This document shows, piece after piece, positions 25,059-35,100 of a stretch of 64,000 bases of DNA. The stretch spans positions 1,924 through 65,923 of the forward strand of contig JBOHRE010000003.1 in assembly GCA_050732635.1 (NCBI GenBank). The letters are read 5' to 3'. Below the pieces are notes generated by a model, which had not been told where the DNA came from, ran no database searches, and was given only the letters and a program-made list of their open reading frames with translations. Position numbers and translations under genes: made by a program. The first letter of the stretch is position 1. Every line of letters starts with the position of its first letter. This DNA is from Longimicrobiales bacterium (GTDB lineage: Bacteria > Gemmatimonadota > Gemmatimonadetes > Longimicrobiales > RSA9).

Positions 25059-26282
25059 ATGCGAATCGGCGTCGACGCCTCCTGCTGGAGCAACCGCCGC
25101 GGGTACGGTCGGTACACGCGTGAGCTGCTGCGCGCGCTGGTCGAGCTCGCGCCGGAGGAGGAGTGGATCTTCTTCCTGGACCCGTGGACCGACGCGGTGT
25201 TCGACCTCAGCGGCGCGAACGTGCGCCGGGTCGTGGTGCGGCAGGGTCGCTCGCCCTCGCAGGCGGCGTCGGCGAACGGCAGCCGCAGCCCACGCGACAT
25301 GTTGCGCTTCACGGCCGCGGTGCGGGCCGAGGCGCTCGACGTGTTCTTCTGTCCATCGGTATACACCTACTTCCCGCTGCCTCCTGCGTTGCGGGCGGTG
25401 GTGGCCGTGCACGACGCGATCGCCGAGCGCTACCCGACGCTCACGCTGCCCTCGCTACGGTCGCGGCTGTTCTGGCGCGCGAAGGTGCGGCTCGCGCTGC
25501 GCCAAGCGCGGATCGTGCTCACGGTCTCGGATTACTCGGCGCGTGACCTGGTGCAGGTGCTGGGCGTAGCGCCCGATCGCATTCGCGTGGCGGGCGAGGC
25601 GCCGGCGACGGCGTACCGGCCGAGCGAGGCGGCTGACATCGCGGCGGCGGCGCGTCGGCTTGGGCTGTCAGCAGCGGATCGCTGGTTCGTCTACGTGGGT
25701 GGCTTCAATCCGCACAAGCGGGTCGACGTGCTGGTGCGCGCGCACACGCGCCTGGCCCGGGAGGTCGTCCCGCCGCCGCACCTGGTCCTGGTCGGCCCGA
25801 CGACCGAGGACGTGTTTCACAGTGGCTTCAGCGCGGTGAAGCAGGCAATCCGCGAAGGCGGCAGCGAGCAGCTCGTGCATTGGGCGGGATACGTGCCCGA
25901 CGAGCAGCTCCGACACATCCATTCGGGCGCGGTCGCGCTGGTCCTGCCCTCGATGTGCGAGGGGTACGGCCTGCCGGCGGTCGAAGCGGCGGCGTGCGGC
26001 ACACCGGTCATCGCGACCCGCGAGAGCCCGCTGCCCACGCTGCTCGAAGGCGGCGGCCTGTTCATCGAGCCCGGGCGCGAGGATGTGCTGCTGGCCGCGA
26101 TGCACGGCATGCTGCAGGATCCCGGCGAGCGCGCGACGCTGGGCCGCGCAGCGCGAGCAGCCGCCTCGCGCCTGAGCTGGCGCACGAGCGCCGAGACGAC
26201 GCTCGCCGCGCTGCGCGAGGCAGCGGGCAGGTCCGAGAACGCGACGGTGCGCCGCGCAGCCGTTCAGGAGATCGGCGCGTGA
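25059..26282 (+). CDS. GT4-family (GT-B) glycosyltransferase
   Basis: The internal ATG 25059 (MRIGVDASCWSNRRGYGRYTRELL) is a typical GT4 N-terminus. The C-terminal region has WAGYVPDEQL...LVLPSMCEGYGLPAVEAAACGTPVIA (E-x7-E region). The upstream 71 aa of the track ORF look non-coding. Confidence 0.85.
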   Translation: MRIGVDASCWSNRRGYGRYTRELLRALVELAPEEEWIFFLDPWTDAVFDLSGANVRRVVVRQGRSPSQAASANGSRSPRDMLRFTAAVRAEALDVFFCPSVYTYFPLPPALRAVVAVHDAIAERYPTLTLPSLRSRLFWRAKVRLALRQARIVLTVSDYSARDLVQVLGVAPDRIRVAGEAPATAYRPSEAADIAAAARRLGLSAADRWFVYVGGFNPHKRVDVLVRAHTRLAREVVPPPHLVLVGPTTEDVFHSGFSAVKQAIREGGSEQLVHWAGYVPDEQLRHIHSGAVALVLPSMCEGYGLPAVEAAACGTPVIATRESPLPTLLEGGGLFIEPGREDVLLAAMHGMLQDPGERATLGRAARAAASRLSWRTSAETTLAALREAAGRSENATVRRAAVQEIGA

Positions 26283-27025
26283 GGGCGATCCTCTGCTACC
26301 ACTCGATCGATGCCTCCGGATCGGTCATCTCCGTCGACCCGGATGTCTTCCGGCAACAGATCGCCTGGCTCGAGCGTAGCGCGGTGCGCGTGGTGCCGCT
26401 CGACCGCCTCGTGGAGTCCCATGACAGTGGCGACGCGGTGGCGCTCACGTTCGACGACGCCTTCGCCAACTTCGCCGAGACCGCGTGGCCGGTGCTGCGC
26501 GACGCCGGATTACCGGCGACGGTCTTCGCGCCGACCGACCACATGGGTGGCTGGAACGACTGGGTCCAGCCGGCGCACCTGCGGATCCCTGCCCTGCCGC
26601 TCATGAGCTGGCAGGTGCTGGCGCGCCTGACGGAGGAAGGTGTGGTCGTCGGCTCGCACACATGCACACACCCGGATCTGACGACGCTGCCGGCCGCCGC
26701 CATCGCCGGCGAGCTGGAGCACTCGGCGGATCGCATCGAGCGCGAGACGGGACGGCGGCCGGGTGCTCTCGCCTACCCGTTCGGCGCGTGCGACGCGCGC
26801 GTCGCGGACGTCGTCGCCAGCCGCTACCGTCACGCGTGCACGACGCGACTCGAGCCGTATCACGCAGCGGACTCGCGGCACGAGCTGCCACGGCTGGACA
26901 TGTACTACTTCAGGCGGGCCGGGCAGCTGGAGCGCTGGGGCTCCTGGCGGTTCGATGCCACGCTGCGCGCGCGGCGCACGGCGCGTTCCGCCCGCCACGT
27001 GCTGCTGCCGGGGCGGTCGCCGTGA
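26279..27025 (+). CDS. Polysaccharide deacetylase (NodB homology / CE4)
   Basis: GTG 26279 overlaps the GT4 stop as GTGA. VRAILCYHSID...VALTFDDAFANFAETAWPVLRDAGLPATVF...VVVGSHTCTHPDL are NodB motifs (DD, H-x-x-x-H). Confidence 0.8.
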   Translation: MRAILCYHSIDASGSVISVDPDVFRQQIAWLERSAVRVVPLDRLVESHDSGDAVALTFDDAFANFAETAWPVLRDAGLPATVFAPTDHMGGWNDWVQPAHLRIPALPLMSWQVLARLTEEGVVVGSHTCTHPDLTTLPAAAIAGELEHSADRIERETGRRPGALAYPFGACDARVADVVASRYRHACTTRLEPYHAADSRHELPRLDMYYFRRAGQLERWGSWRFDATLRARRTARSARHVLLPGRSP

Positions 27026-28203
27026 GCGCCGAGCGGCCCTACCTCTCCGTCATCGTGCCCGCATTCCAGGGCAGCGGCATTCTGCGGGACTCGCTCGGCG
27101 CCCTGCTGGAAAGCGATCTGCCGCGCGCTGCGTGGGAGCTGGTCGTGGTCGATGACGGCAGCACCGATGAAACCTCCTGGGTCGCGGCAGAGTACGCCGA
27201 CACCATCGTGCGGCTCGCGGGCAAACCGCACGGACCAGCGTACGCGAGGAATCGCGGCTCGGAGGTCAGCCGCGGTGAGGTCCTCGTATTCATCGATGCC
27301 GATGTCCGCGTGCATCGCGATACGCTGCGGCGCTTCACGGAGCTGTTCAGCGGCGATCCCTCACTGGCTGCGGCCTTCGGCTCCTACGATGACCGGCCCC
27401 CGGGTGCCGGCCTCGTGTCGCAGTTCCGCAACCTGATGCACCACTACGTGCACCACCGCAACGCGGGCGAAGCCGAGACGTTCTGGGCCGGCTGCGGCGC
27501 GGTTCGCACGGACGTGTTCCGGGCCGTCGGCATGTTCGACGAGTGGCACTACACTCGCCCGCAGATCGAGGACATCGAGCTCGGCCGCCGCTTACGCGTG
27601 CACGGGCATCGAATTCGGTTGGCCCCCGAGATCCAGGGCTCGCACCTGAAGCGTTGGACGCTCTGGAACGGCCTGATGACCGACTTGCACCACCGCGGCG
27701 TGCCGTGGATGTGGCTGATCCTCGAGGAGGGGCCGAACGCCGGGTCACGCACGCTGAACGTGCGCACCCGCGAAAAGATCTGCACGGCACTGGCGGGCCT
27801 GACACTCGCAGCCGCGGCCGCCGCGCTGGCGCTGCGCAGCTTCCTTCCGCTCCTCGTCGCCACCGCCGCCACGCTCACGGTGATTGCGCTGAACAGCAGC
27901 TTCTACGCGTTCCTCCGGCGCCACCGCGGCTGGCTGTTCACGGTGGCCGCGGTGCCGTTGCACCTCATGTACTTCGTGGTGAACGGCTTCTCGGTCATCT
28001 TCGGCGGGCTGATGCAGGCGCTGTTCGGCGAGCCGCTGCCCTCCGACGAGGCCGCCGCGCAGGCGGAGCTCGGCATCGAGACCTGGCCGCCCGGCCCGCG
28101 GCGGCCGGCTCGGAGCATGTACCGCGCTGTGCAGCCCGCGGGGTCGCGGGCCCGCGACGCGACAGACGAGGAAGGGTCTAGTCGGCCGCTGCTGCGTCGG
28201 TGA
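27022..28203 (+). CDS. GT2 glycosyltransferase with C-terminal transmembrane segments
   Basis: GTG 27022 overlaps the upstream stop as GTGA. YLSVIVPAFQGSGILRDSL...LVVVDDGSTDET...ARNRGSEVSRGEVLVFIDADV, followed by 3-4 hydrophobic helices. Confidence 0.85.
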   Translation: MSAERPYLSVIVPAFQGSGILRDSLGALLESDLPRAAWELVVVDDGSTDETSWVAAEYADTIVRLAGKPHGPAYARNRGSEVSRGEVLVFIDADVRVHRDTLRRFTELFSGDPSLAAAFGSYDDRPPGAGLVSQFRNLMHHYVHHRNAGEAETFWAGCGAVRTDVFRAVGMFDEWHYTRPQIEDIELGRRLRVHGHRIRLAPEIQGSHLKRWTLWNGLMTDLHHRGVPWMWLILEEGPNAGSRTLNVRTREKICTALAGLTLAAAAAALALRSFLPLLVATAATLTVIALNSSFYAFLRRHRGWLFTVAAVPLHLMYFVVNGFSVIFGGLMQALFGEPLPSDEAAAQAELGIETWPPGPRRPARSMYRAVQPAGSRARDATDEEGSSRPLLRR

Positions 28204-29371
28204 CCAGCTCACTCGCGGCCCGCACATCGGACGGGCTCAGCCGACCATGTGTCGGCAGCGTGAGCAGCTCGGTGGCGAGCGTCCAGGCGCCCGCGTAGAC
28301 CTCGCCCGGATCCAGCCGCAGCTGCTGAACGGCGGGCAGCTCGGTCAACGGCCGCGGATAGCTGCCCTCCACACCCAGCTTGCGACCGTGCGCGAGGAGC
28401 CGCTCGCGGCTCATGCCGCTCGAGATGCGCAGCGGAAAGCGGAGCCAACCCGGCTGCGCCGCGGCGGGCACGCAGAAGACGTTGCCGGTGTGCTGCCACA
28501 GTTCAGCCGCCAGGTAGCGGGTTGCGTTGCGCCTGCGGCTGGCCGCCTCCTGCTCGGCCTGGGTGGCAGTGGCCAGCAGCAGCGCGGCGGCGGTGCGGCT
28601 CAGCCCGCGAACGGCGGCGTCGGGCGTTCGGTAGTGCGTCTCACCCAAGCCCACACCGGGCAGCGCGCGCGGGAGGGCATAGAGTGAGGGCCGCGCGAAC
28701 GTCCACTGCGCGAGCGCACGGCCGAGCACGCCCGTGTCCTGCGCGCTGCCTGCTGCGCTTGGCTGCGGCGCCAGCGAGCTCCAGCCGGAGCGCAACAGCA
28801 GCGCGCCACCCGCGCCGCCGGTCCAGCCTTTGCCGCGCCCGAAACTGAGCACGCTGATCGGCGCCAGCGAACCCAGTGGACGGCCGCGCCACGCGGCGCC
28901 GTGACCCTGCGCCGCGTCTTCGATCAGCACCGCGTCGAAAGCCCGTGCGGCGTCGCTCAGCGTGTCCCAGTCGACGGGGATGCCGAACAAAGGGGCGACG
29001 ACGATGCCGCGGGCTCCTGCCCGCAGCGCGGCCCGCAGCGAGTCGGGATCCGGGTTCAGTGTGGCCGGATCCAGGTCGTAGAAGCGGATGGGTACGCCCG
29101 CGCCGACGGCGGCGGTCGCGACATCGAAGCACGAGAACGCCGGCAGCGCGACGGCGGCGTCCGCGCCGAGCCGCGCGCGCAGACTGCTCAACGCCAGTTG
29201 CAGCGCTGCGGTGCCCGACGCGCAGAGCACGGCACGGTCGGCCGTGAAGCGCTCTTGCAGCTGCGTGCGGAGCGTCTCGCCGACGTCCGGCAGCAAGCGC
29301 GCGGCGCAGAGCGCGCCGCGCAGCAGAGCCGCGCTGGTGATGGGTGAGGACGCCGGCAGCTGATAGCGCAA
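28178..29371 (-). CDS. DegT/DnrJ/EryC1/StrS-family aminotransferase-like protein
   Basis: ASGTAALQLAL, LIEDAAQGHGA and SVLSFGRGKGWTGGAGGAL (candidate PLP-Lys context). Its 3' end overlaps the convergent GT2 gene by 26 nt. Confidence 0.7.
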   Translation of the reverse strand: MRYQLPASSPITSAALLRGALCAARLLPDVGETLRTQLQERFTADRAVLCASGTAALQLALSSLRARLGADAAVALPAFSCFDVATAAVGAGVPIRFYDLDPATLNPDPDSLRAALRAGARGIVVAPLFGIPVDWDTLSDAARAFDAVLIEDAAQGHGAAWRGRPLGSLAPISVLSFGRGKGWTGGAGGALLLRSGWSSLAPQPSAAGSAQDTGVLGRALAQWTFARPSLYALPRALPGVGLGETHYRTPDAAVRGLSRTAAALLLATATQAEQEAASRRRNATRYLAAELWQHTGNVFCVPAAAQPGWLRFPLRISSGMSRERLLAHGRKLGVEGSYPRPLTELPAVQQLRLDPGEVYAGAWTLATELLTLPTHGRLSPSDVRAASELVTDAAAAD

Positions 29372-29394
29372 CGGAGCCGTCGCTGGGTTGCGCG

Positions 29395-30462
29395 TCAGGG
29401 CAGTTGGCGCGCCAGGACGGGGCCCACGGCGTTGGCCACGCGCAGGGGCAGCCTGCTCCAGGCCGCCGTCGCCGCACGCAACATTGGCCGCTCAGGGTAC
29501 GGCGTGGCCGGTCGGCCGCGCGGCGAGAAGGTCAGCCAGGGCAGCGTCTCGTCCGTGCCGCCCCACTGCCGCTTGAAGCGGTGGGTACCGGTGTCGGGTG
29601 TGCAGCGGCCAAAGTTGAAGGTGCGCAGGCCACGCTCGATCATCTGCTCCATGAAAGCCCAGTACAGCAGCATGTTCGGGGCCTCACGCGAGATTTCGCG
29701 CAGGGAGGAAGCCCAGGTCATCTCGAACTCGCCCGCCCAGGCAAAGCCGCAGCCGGCGGCGACCGGTGTGGAGTTCTTGTAGACGACGCCGAACGTGACC
29801 TGCTGCGGGAACAGGCGTGCAACGCGTTCGAAGAAGGTTCGCGGCAGCACGGGCGTGCCGAGGTCGCGCATGTTGCGCGAGAAGACCTCGTAGAAGGCGT
29901 CGCGGTGCTCGGCCCCGAAGCGCGTCTCCATGCCCGCGCGCTGCGGGCGCCGAATCTGACTGCGCAGCTTGGAGCGGAAGCTGACCCAGAGCTCCTCGGC
30001 CGTCGACGGCAGCGGCAGCGTGACCGTGATCTTACGGGCCTGCGGGGCGCTGGCTTCGCCCGCGCCCCTGATCCGCAGCTCGAGCAGCCGCGTGCGCCGC
30101 TGCCTCGCCTCGGCCAGCGCGCGCGCAAACAGCAATCGACGCGCATGCACACTGCCGATCGGGCCGCCGTAGTTCAGGAATGGCATCGACAGCAGCAGGC
30201 CGCCGAACAGTCGCGTCTGTACGCGGACCAGCGGCAGCGCGCCGTGCCAGACGCCGTCCGGATCGACGACCACGTCATAGCGCGGCTCATGACCGAGAAC
30301 GTCCTGCATCACCTCGCGCCAGCCGCCGAGGTGACAAAAGCTGCTGCCCGGCTGCGAGGCGACGAACGCGTCCCAGTCGTCGCCCGCACCGTCATAGGCC
30401 GCCACGGCCAGTCCGGGAGCGATCGTTTCAGCCCGCAACAGCGATCGGAGATTCGAAGCCAT
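29395..30462 (-). CDS. FemAB-family protein of the PEP-CTERM/exosortase-associated type
   Basis: WDAFVASQPGSSFCHLGGWREVMQDVLGHEPRY...GALPLVRVQTRLFGGLLLSMPFLNYGGPIG matches my memory of the exosortase-locus FemAB family. The start is uncertain: ATG 30462 or the track start 30531, and both overlap the upstream gene. Confidence 0.7.
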   Translation of the reverse strand: MASNLRSLLRAETIAPGLAVAAYDGAGDDWDAFVASQPGSSFCHLGGWREVMQDVLGHEPRYDVVVDPDGVWHGALPLVRVQTRLFGGLLLSMPFLNYGGPIGSVHARRLLFARALAEARQRRTRLLELRIRGAGEASAPQARKITVTLPLPSTAEELWVSFRSKLRSQIRRPQRAGMETRFGAEHRDAFYEVFSRNMRDLGTPVLPRTFFERVARLFPQQVTFGVVYKNSTPVAAGCGFAWAGEFEMTWASSLREISREAPNMLLYWAFMEQMIERGLRTFNFGRCTPDTGTHRFKRQWGGTDETLPWLTFSPRGRPATPYPERPMLRAATAAWSRLPLRVANAVGPVLARQLP

Positions 30463-31270
30463 CAGCAATGGGTTCAAAACGGAATTCGTGTAGTAGCCGG
30501 CGTAGCCGCAGCGCGGTCCGGCCGAGACCACCGTAGTGACGAATGCGCGTCGGCAGCGTCACATCCAGGCGAGGCTGCGCGGGATCCAGCTCCCAGGGGT
30601 GGATGTAGAAGGTGCCGGGCAACCCGCGGCGCTCGCAGCTCTTCAGCGCGTCGCGCGTGTGCGCGAACGGCAGCAGCCGGAAATAGGCACCGCCGCCGGC
30701 GGGCAGGCGCATGCCGAAGCGCCTGATGGTCGTCGGCGGAAACTCGCGAATGCGGCCGCCCGGCCGCTCGATCCAATGCGGCTCCGGCCGGGCCGCCGCG
30801 TAGCCATAGCCTGGCCGGCGGATGGGAAACAGGCTCGAGTCGTAGGCATGTCCCGTCTCGATCAAGGTATCCAGAGCCCATTCGTGGCCCGGCGTGATCG
30901 AGAAGCTGGGAGCGCGAAAACCCAACACGCGGCTGCCGGTGATCGATTCCAGCAGCTCCTTCGTGCGGCGGACCGAGTCGTTGAACTGCTGCGGCGTCTG
31001 CGCGGTCACGCGGCGGTGGTCCCACCCGTGGGAGGCCACCTCGTGGCCAGCCGTACAGATGCGCCGGACCAGGGCGGGCTGGCGTTCGGCCACCCAGCCG
31101 AGCACGAAGAAGGTGCCGCGCACGCCGAATTCGTCGAGCAGCGCGAGCAGTAGCTCCAACGCCCCGAGCAGCCGGCTCTCACGAGCCGACCACGTGGCGA
31201 AGGGCGCCGCCGATTCCAGGGCCGAGGCTTGGAAGTACTCCTCGACGTCAACCGTAAAGTAGTGTCGCAT
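30428..31270 (-). CDS. Polysaccharide deacetylase, PEP-CTERM (XrtA) locus subfamily
   Basis: MRHYFTVDVEEYFQASALE...GTFFVLGWVAERQPALVRRICTAGHEVASHGWDH is the characteristic N-terminus of the exosortase-locus deacetylase family. Confidence 0.85.
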   Translation of the reverse strand: MRHYFTVDVEEYFQASALESAAPFATWSARESRLLGALELLLALLDEFGVRGTFFVLGWVAERQPALVRRICTAGHEVASHGWDHRRVTAQTPQQFNDSVRRTKELLESITGSRVLGFRAPSFSITPGHEWALDTLIETGHAYDSSLFPIRRPGYGYAAARPEPHWIERPGGRIREFPPTTIRRFGMRLPAGGGAYFRLLPFAHTRDALKSCERRGLPGTFYIHPWELDPAQPRLDVTLPTRIRHYGGLGRTALRLRRLLHEFRFEPIADGFESPIAVAG

Positions 31271-31310
31271 CCAGAATGCGAGTTACGACTCGGGGCCGGT
31301 CAGAGGAGCA

Positions 31311-31322
31311 AGGCATATGCCC
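31311..31322. promoter_or_regulatory. Perfect 12-bp palindrome AGGCATATGCCT in a divergent promoter region
   Basis: Read directly. It lies in the 236-bp gap between the divergently transcribed deacetylase operon (start 31270) and the LMW-PTP gene (31507). Function unknown. Confidence 0.2.
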
Positions 31323-31506
31323 TGCGCCTGCGGGCGAGCCGGGTCCTCTCGCGGGGAACGTGCACAACCGACGCGAACGACGTAGGATGCGGCGCGCCGC
31401 CTGGCCGTTTCGCGCTCGCGTTGTGTTGCGCGACCGCTACACGTGCGGGTCTGGTCGTGTCCGGAGTGTCGGACCGCTGCGGCGATCGAATCGGCGGGGA
31501 TGATCG

Positions 31507-32136
31507 GTGAAAGCAATGATTGGCAAGCGTGGCCAGCGAAGCCGACGCGAGCTGCGCCAGGCGCCCCGGGCGCTGGCGCGGCGCGTGCGCCGTGGTCTCG
31601 AGCGGTCGCTCCACGGGTTGCGGCGGAGCCGTGCCATACGGCGCATTCGAGGGTGGCGTCGAAGGACGGACTCGGTGCTGTTCGTCTGTCATGGCAACAT
31701 CTGCCGGAGCCCCTATGCGGCCGCGCGTTTCGAGCGTCTGCTTCCCCCGCCCTGGAATGGCCGGGTGCGTGTCGCCTCGGCCGGCTTCATCGGACCCGAT
31801 CGCAGCGCGCCGGAGCTCGCGCGGCGTGCGGCAGAGAGCCGCGCGATCGAGCTGAACGGGCACCGCTCGCAGGTGCTGACACCACAGCTCCTTCAGGAAT
31901 GGGACCTGGTGCTCGTGATGGAGCCGTCACAGGGACGCGCGCTGCGACGTGCGTTTCGGCGCAGCGCTGGCGTCATCGCGCTCGGGGATCTGGATCCCCT
32001 GCCGATACGCACGCGTCGCATCATCGATCCGATCGAGGGCGACGCGGCGCTGTTCACCGAAACATACGAGCGGATCGACCGCTGCGTTGCCGAGCTCGTG
32101 AAGCTGCTCGGCATGTCCACTCATTCAGCGCAATGA
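31507..32136 (+). CDS. Low-molecular-weight protein-tyrosine phosphatase (Wzb-like) with Arg-rich N-terminal extension
   Basis: VLFVCHGNICRSPYAAARF (C-x5-R-S P-loop) and a downstream IDPIEG (Asp acid). About 55 Arg-rich residues precede the P-loop, so the true start may be later, but there is no internal Met. Confidence 0.85.
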   Translation: MKAMIGKRGQRSRRELRQAPRALARRVRRGLERSLHGLRRSRAIRRIRGWRRRTDSVLFVCHGNICRSPYAAARFERLLPPPWNGRVRVASAGFIGPDRSAPELARRAAESRAIELNGHRSQVLTPQLLQEWDLVLVMEPSQGRALRRAFRRSAGVIALGDLDPLPIRTRRIIDPIEGDAALFTETYERIDRCVAELVKLLGMSTHSAQ

Positions 32137-35100
32137 AATCGAACGATTCGATGGTGAGCTCGAGGCGAGCAATGCGACGGCTGCGCGGGGCGGTGAGGCT
32201 GTGGGCTGTGATCGGTCTCGTGAGCGGCTCGTTTGCCGGCGAAACTCTCGCGCAGAGCGTCACGAAGGCCGGCCTCAGTGTTCGGGTCGAGAGCGCGCAG
32301 GGCGAGGAGCTGGCAGGCGGCAGGGTCGAGGCGCGCGAGCTCGACAGCGGCCTGCGCTACGAGGCGTCGGCGCGGGGCGGCGGTACGTATTCCCTGGATG
32401 CACTGCCGCCCGGCCGCTACGAGATCTTCGTCGAGCGGCTCGGCTATCGGCCGGCGCTGCTGCGCGTGGTCGGGGCGCGCGCCGGCGGCGTGACACACGC
32501 GCTGGTCCGGCTCGCTCCGACGGAGCCCCCGGTGACGGGCGTAGATACGGTAATCTTCGCTGCGACGAGCGCAGCCATCGTCCCGGGACCAGGGACCTGG
32601 GTCGGTCGTCGCCTCATCGAGGGGCTGCCCTGGCCGCGCCGTACAGCGGCCGCGCTGCGGCTGCCGAGCACGATCGCCGGTGACGGCGCCATCCAGGGGC
32701 TTCCTGCCCGCTCGAGCACGACGGTGGTGGATGGGCAGACGTTCCCTGCGGTGCGGCACCCGTGGGCGGCGGCCGATCCACTTGGCCGGACCGGCCCGTT
32801 CAACCTGCTCGCGCTCGGCGGCGCCGGGGTCTACGTGGATCCGGTCGACGTCGAGTACGGCCGTGGCGCAACCGGATTCCTGACGCTGTTCACGGCGCCG
32901 GCCGAAGCCGGTGCCGGTGTCGCGTTCGTGAGCGGCGCGGCGGGCGGCATGATCAGCGAGCTGGGCGCACCAGCCGGTGCGCCCAATGGAAGCTGGGTGG
33001 ACGCGGGCGCGCGCATCACAGGGCAGATGCTGGGCGACAGCGCGCGGCTCGCCGTGGCGGTCGAGGGCGGGCGGTATGAGACGGTCTTCGTACCTGCGGC
33101 CGCAGAGCTGGTCGCGCCGTTCACGCAGGTTGCGGCAGACTCGTTCGGCATCTCGTTGGACGAGACGTTCTCGCCGCGGCTGATCGAGGCTCAACGGATC
33201 TCGGCCTTCGGCCGGCTCGACTGGGTCGTGTCAAGTAGCAGCGAGCTGAGCGTCGGCTTCGGCGCGGCCGTGGCGCCGGAGGCCTCGTTCCGCCTTCCTG
33301 GCCGCCACGCGCAAGAGGCCCTGGCGACGACGGACGGCAACGATCTGTTCGGCACGATCGCACTGACGTCCCGCATCCGGGAGCGCTGGACCAGCGAGCT
33401 CAGGATCGCCGGCAGCAGATCCACGCGCAGCTTCACCGACGGCGGGACGGAGGGTGCGCCACGGACGCTGCTGGCCGGTGCGGACGTCGCCATCGGCATC
33501 CCGGCGGAGATTCCGGGCCGGTTCGGCTCGACCGGCGCGCAGCTCCGCGAAACCGTGCACTACAACGCGGACCGGCACCGTCTGAAGGGCGGCGTCGAGC
33601 TCGGGCTGCGGCACCTCGAAAACGAGTTCAGCGGCAGCACGGCTGCGGGCTACGTCTTCGGCGATGCGGCTGCGTTTGCCGGGCTAGCCGGACTCCTCGA
33701 GCTGCCCTCCGTCGCCTGGCCGAGCGCCAGCTTCTCGATCACGTCGCTCGGCGCGTTCGTGCAGGATACCTGGAGCGCAGCGCCCGGCCTCGATCTGACG
33801 CTCGGCTTCCGCTATGACCAGGACCGTCTGCCGCACGACGAGATCGGGCACGATGCCGAATGGTTTCGCCTGTCCGGCATGGCCGCCGATTCCGCGCCGG
33901 CCGAGATCGCTGCACTCAGCCCCCGGGTGGGTTTCACCTGGAGCGCCGGTGGGCAGAGCGGCTGGGTCGTGCACGGTTCGGCCGGGCGTTACGCCGATCC
34001 GTTCGACCCAGCGGCGCTGGTCGAGGCCGTGGTCCTGTCGGCGCCGGGCGGTGTGCAGCGCGAGGTCGGCACGCTCAGCGCGTGGTCGGAGCGGCCGGCC
34101 GTCAGTGGTCCGGTCACCGAACGTCATGCACTGCTGGCCCCGGAGTTCCGCTCGCCGCAGAGCGCGCGTGCCTCACTCGGCCTGGTCCGCTCCATCGGCG
34201 CCTCGACCGCGATTCGCCTCGTCGGTGCCTACCGCGAAACGGACTTCCTGCCGCGCCGTGTCGACCTGAACCTGCAATCGAGTCCCGCTGCGCTCGATCA
34301 GCACGGCCGGATCCTCTACGGTGAGCCGCTCAAGCTGGGAGCAATGCTCGCCGCCACAGTCGGCAGCAACCGGCGCTTCCCCGACTACGATGTCGTCTGG
34401 GCGCTGAACGCGGATGGCAGCTCCACCTATCGCGGCATTACGATCGGCGCGGAGCACGAGGGGCCGCTGTCGGTCGGCATCGAATACACCTACTCCGAGA
34501 CCACCGATGACTGGGTGGACGCCGGCCTTTCACCCGGGCCGCAGTCTCCCCCGTTGATCGCGCAGGGCCTGGACGACTGGGACAGTGGTGTCTCGGACTT
34601 CGATGTCCGGCACCGGGCCGCCGCGACCGCGCTCCTCTCGTTCCCGACCAGTGTCGGCGACCTCGGCGTGGCCGGCCTCTACACCTACCGATCCGGTCTT
34701 CCCTTCACCCCGATCGTGGCCGCCGGTGTCGATGCCAACCTGGATGGGATCGCCGGCAACGAGCCGGCCTTCGTCGATGCGCAGGTCGACGGCATCCAGG
34801 AGCTGAGCGGCCAGTGGGACTGCCTGCGGCTCTCCTCCGGCGCCTTCGTCGAGCGGAACGCCTGCCGCACGCCGGCGGCCCACGCGCTGCACCTCCGAGG
34901 ATCGGTCGGGCTGCGCGGCACCAGCTTGCGCGGAGAACTGTTCGTCGAGCTCATCAATGCGCTCGCATCGGTGAGCGACGGCCCCGTCAACCCGTCGCTG
35001 TACCGGATCGATCCGACCGCTGCCCTCGCCGAAGCCGATGGCGAGCTGCAGATCCCGCTGATCACGAATCCTGCATTCGGCGAGCCCCTGCTCGGGCAGG

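Noticed and set aside
24846-27021. Long N-terminal extensions of track ORFs 24846..26282, 25880..27025 and 26485..28203
   Set aside because: In each case the recognisable domain (GT4, CE4, GT2) begins at an internal ATG or GTG (25059, 26279, 27022). These starts coincide with the previous gene's stop (GTGA overlaps). The upstream portions are Arg-rich and overlap the preceding gene.
28178-28203. 26-nt convergent 3'-end overlap of the GT2 and DegT-like genes as a regulatory feature
   Set aside because: Short convergent overlaps are common in compact GC-rich genomes. I saw no hairpin or other signal, so this is not worth a separate finding.
31443-32132. First 230 residues of track ORF 31443..35147
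   Set aside because: It overlaps the LMW-PTP gene in another frame and has no protein-like features. The signal peptide and CarboxypepD_reg-like domain begin at ATG 32133.
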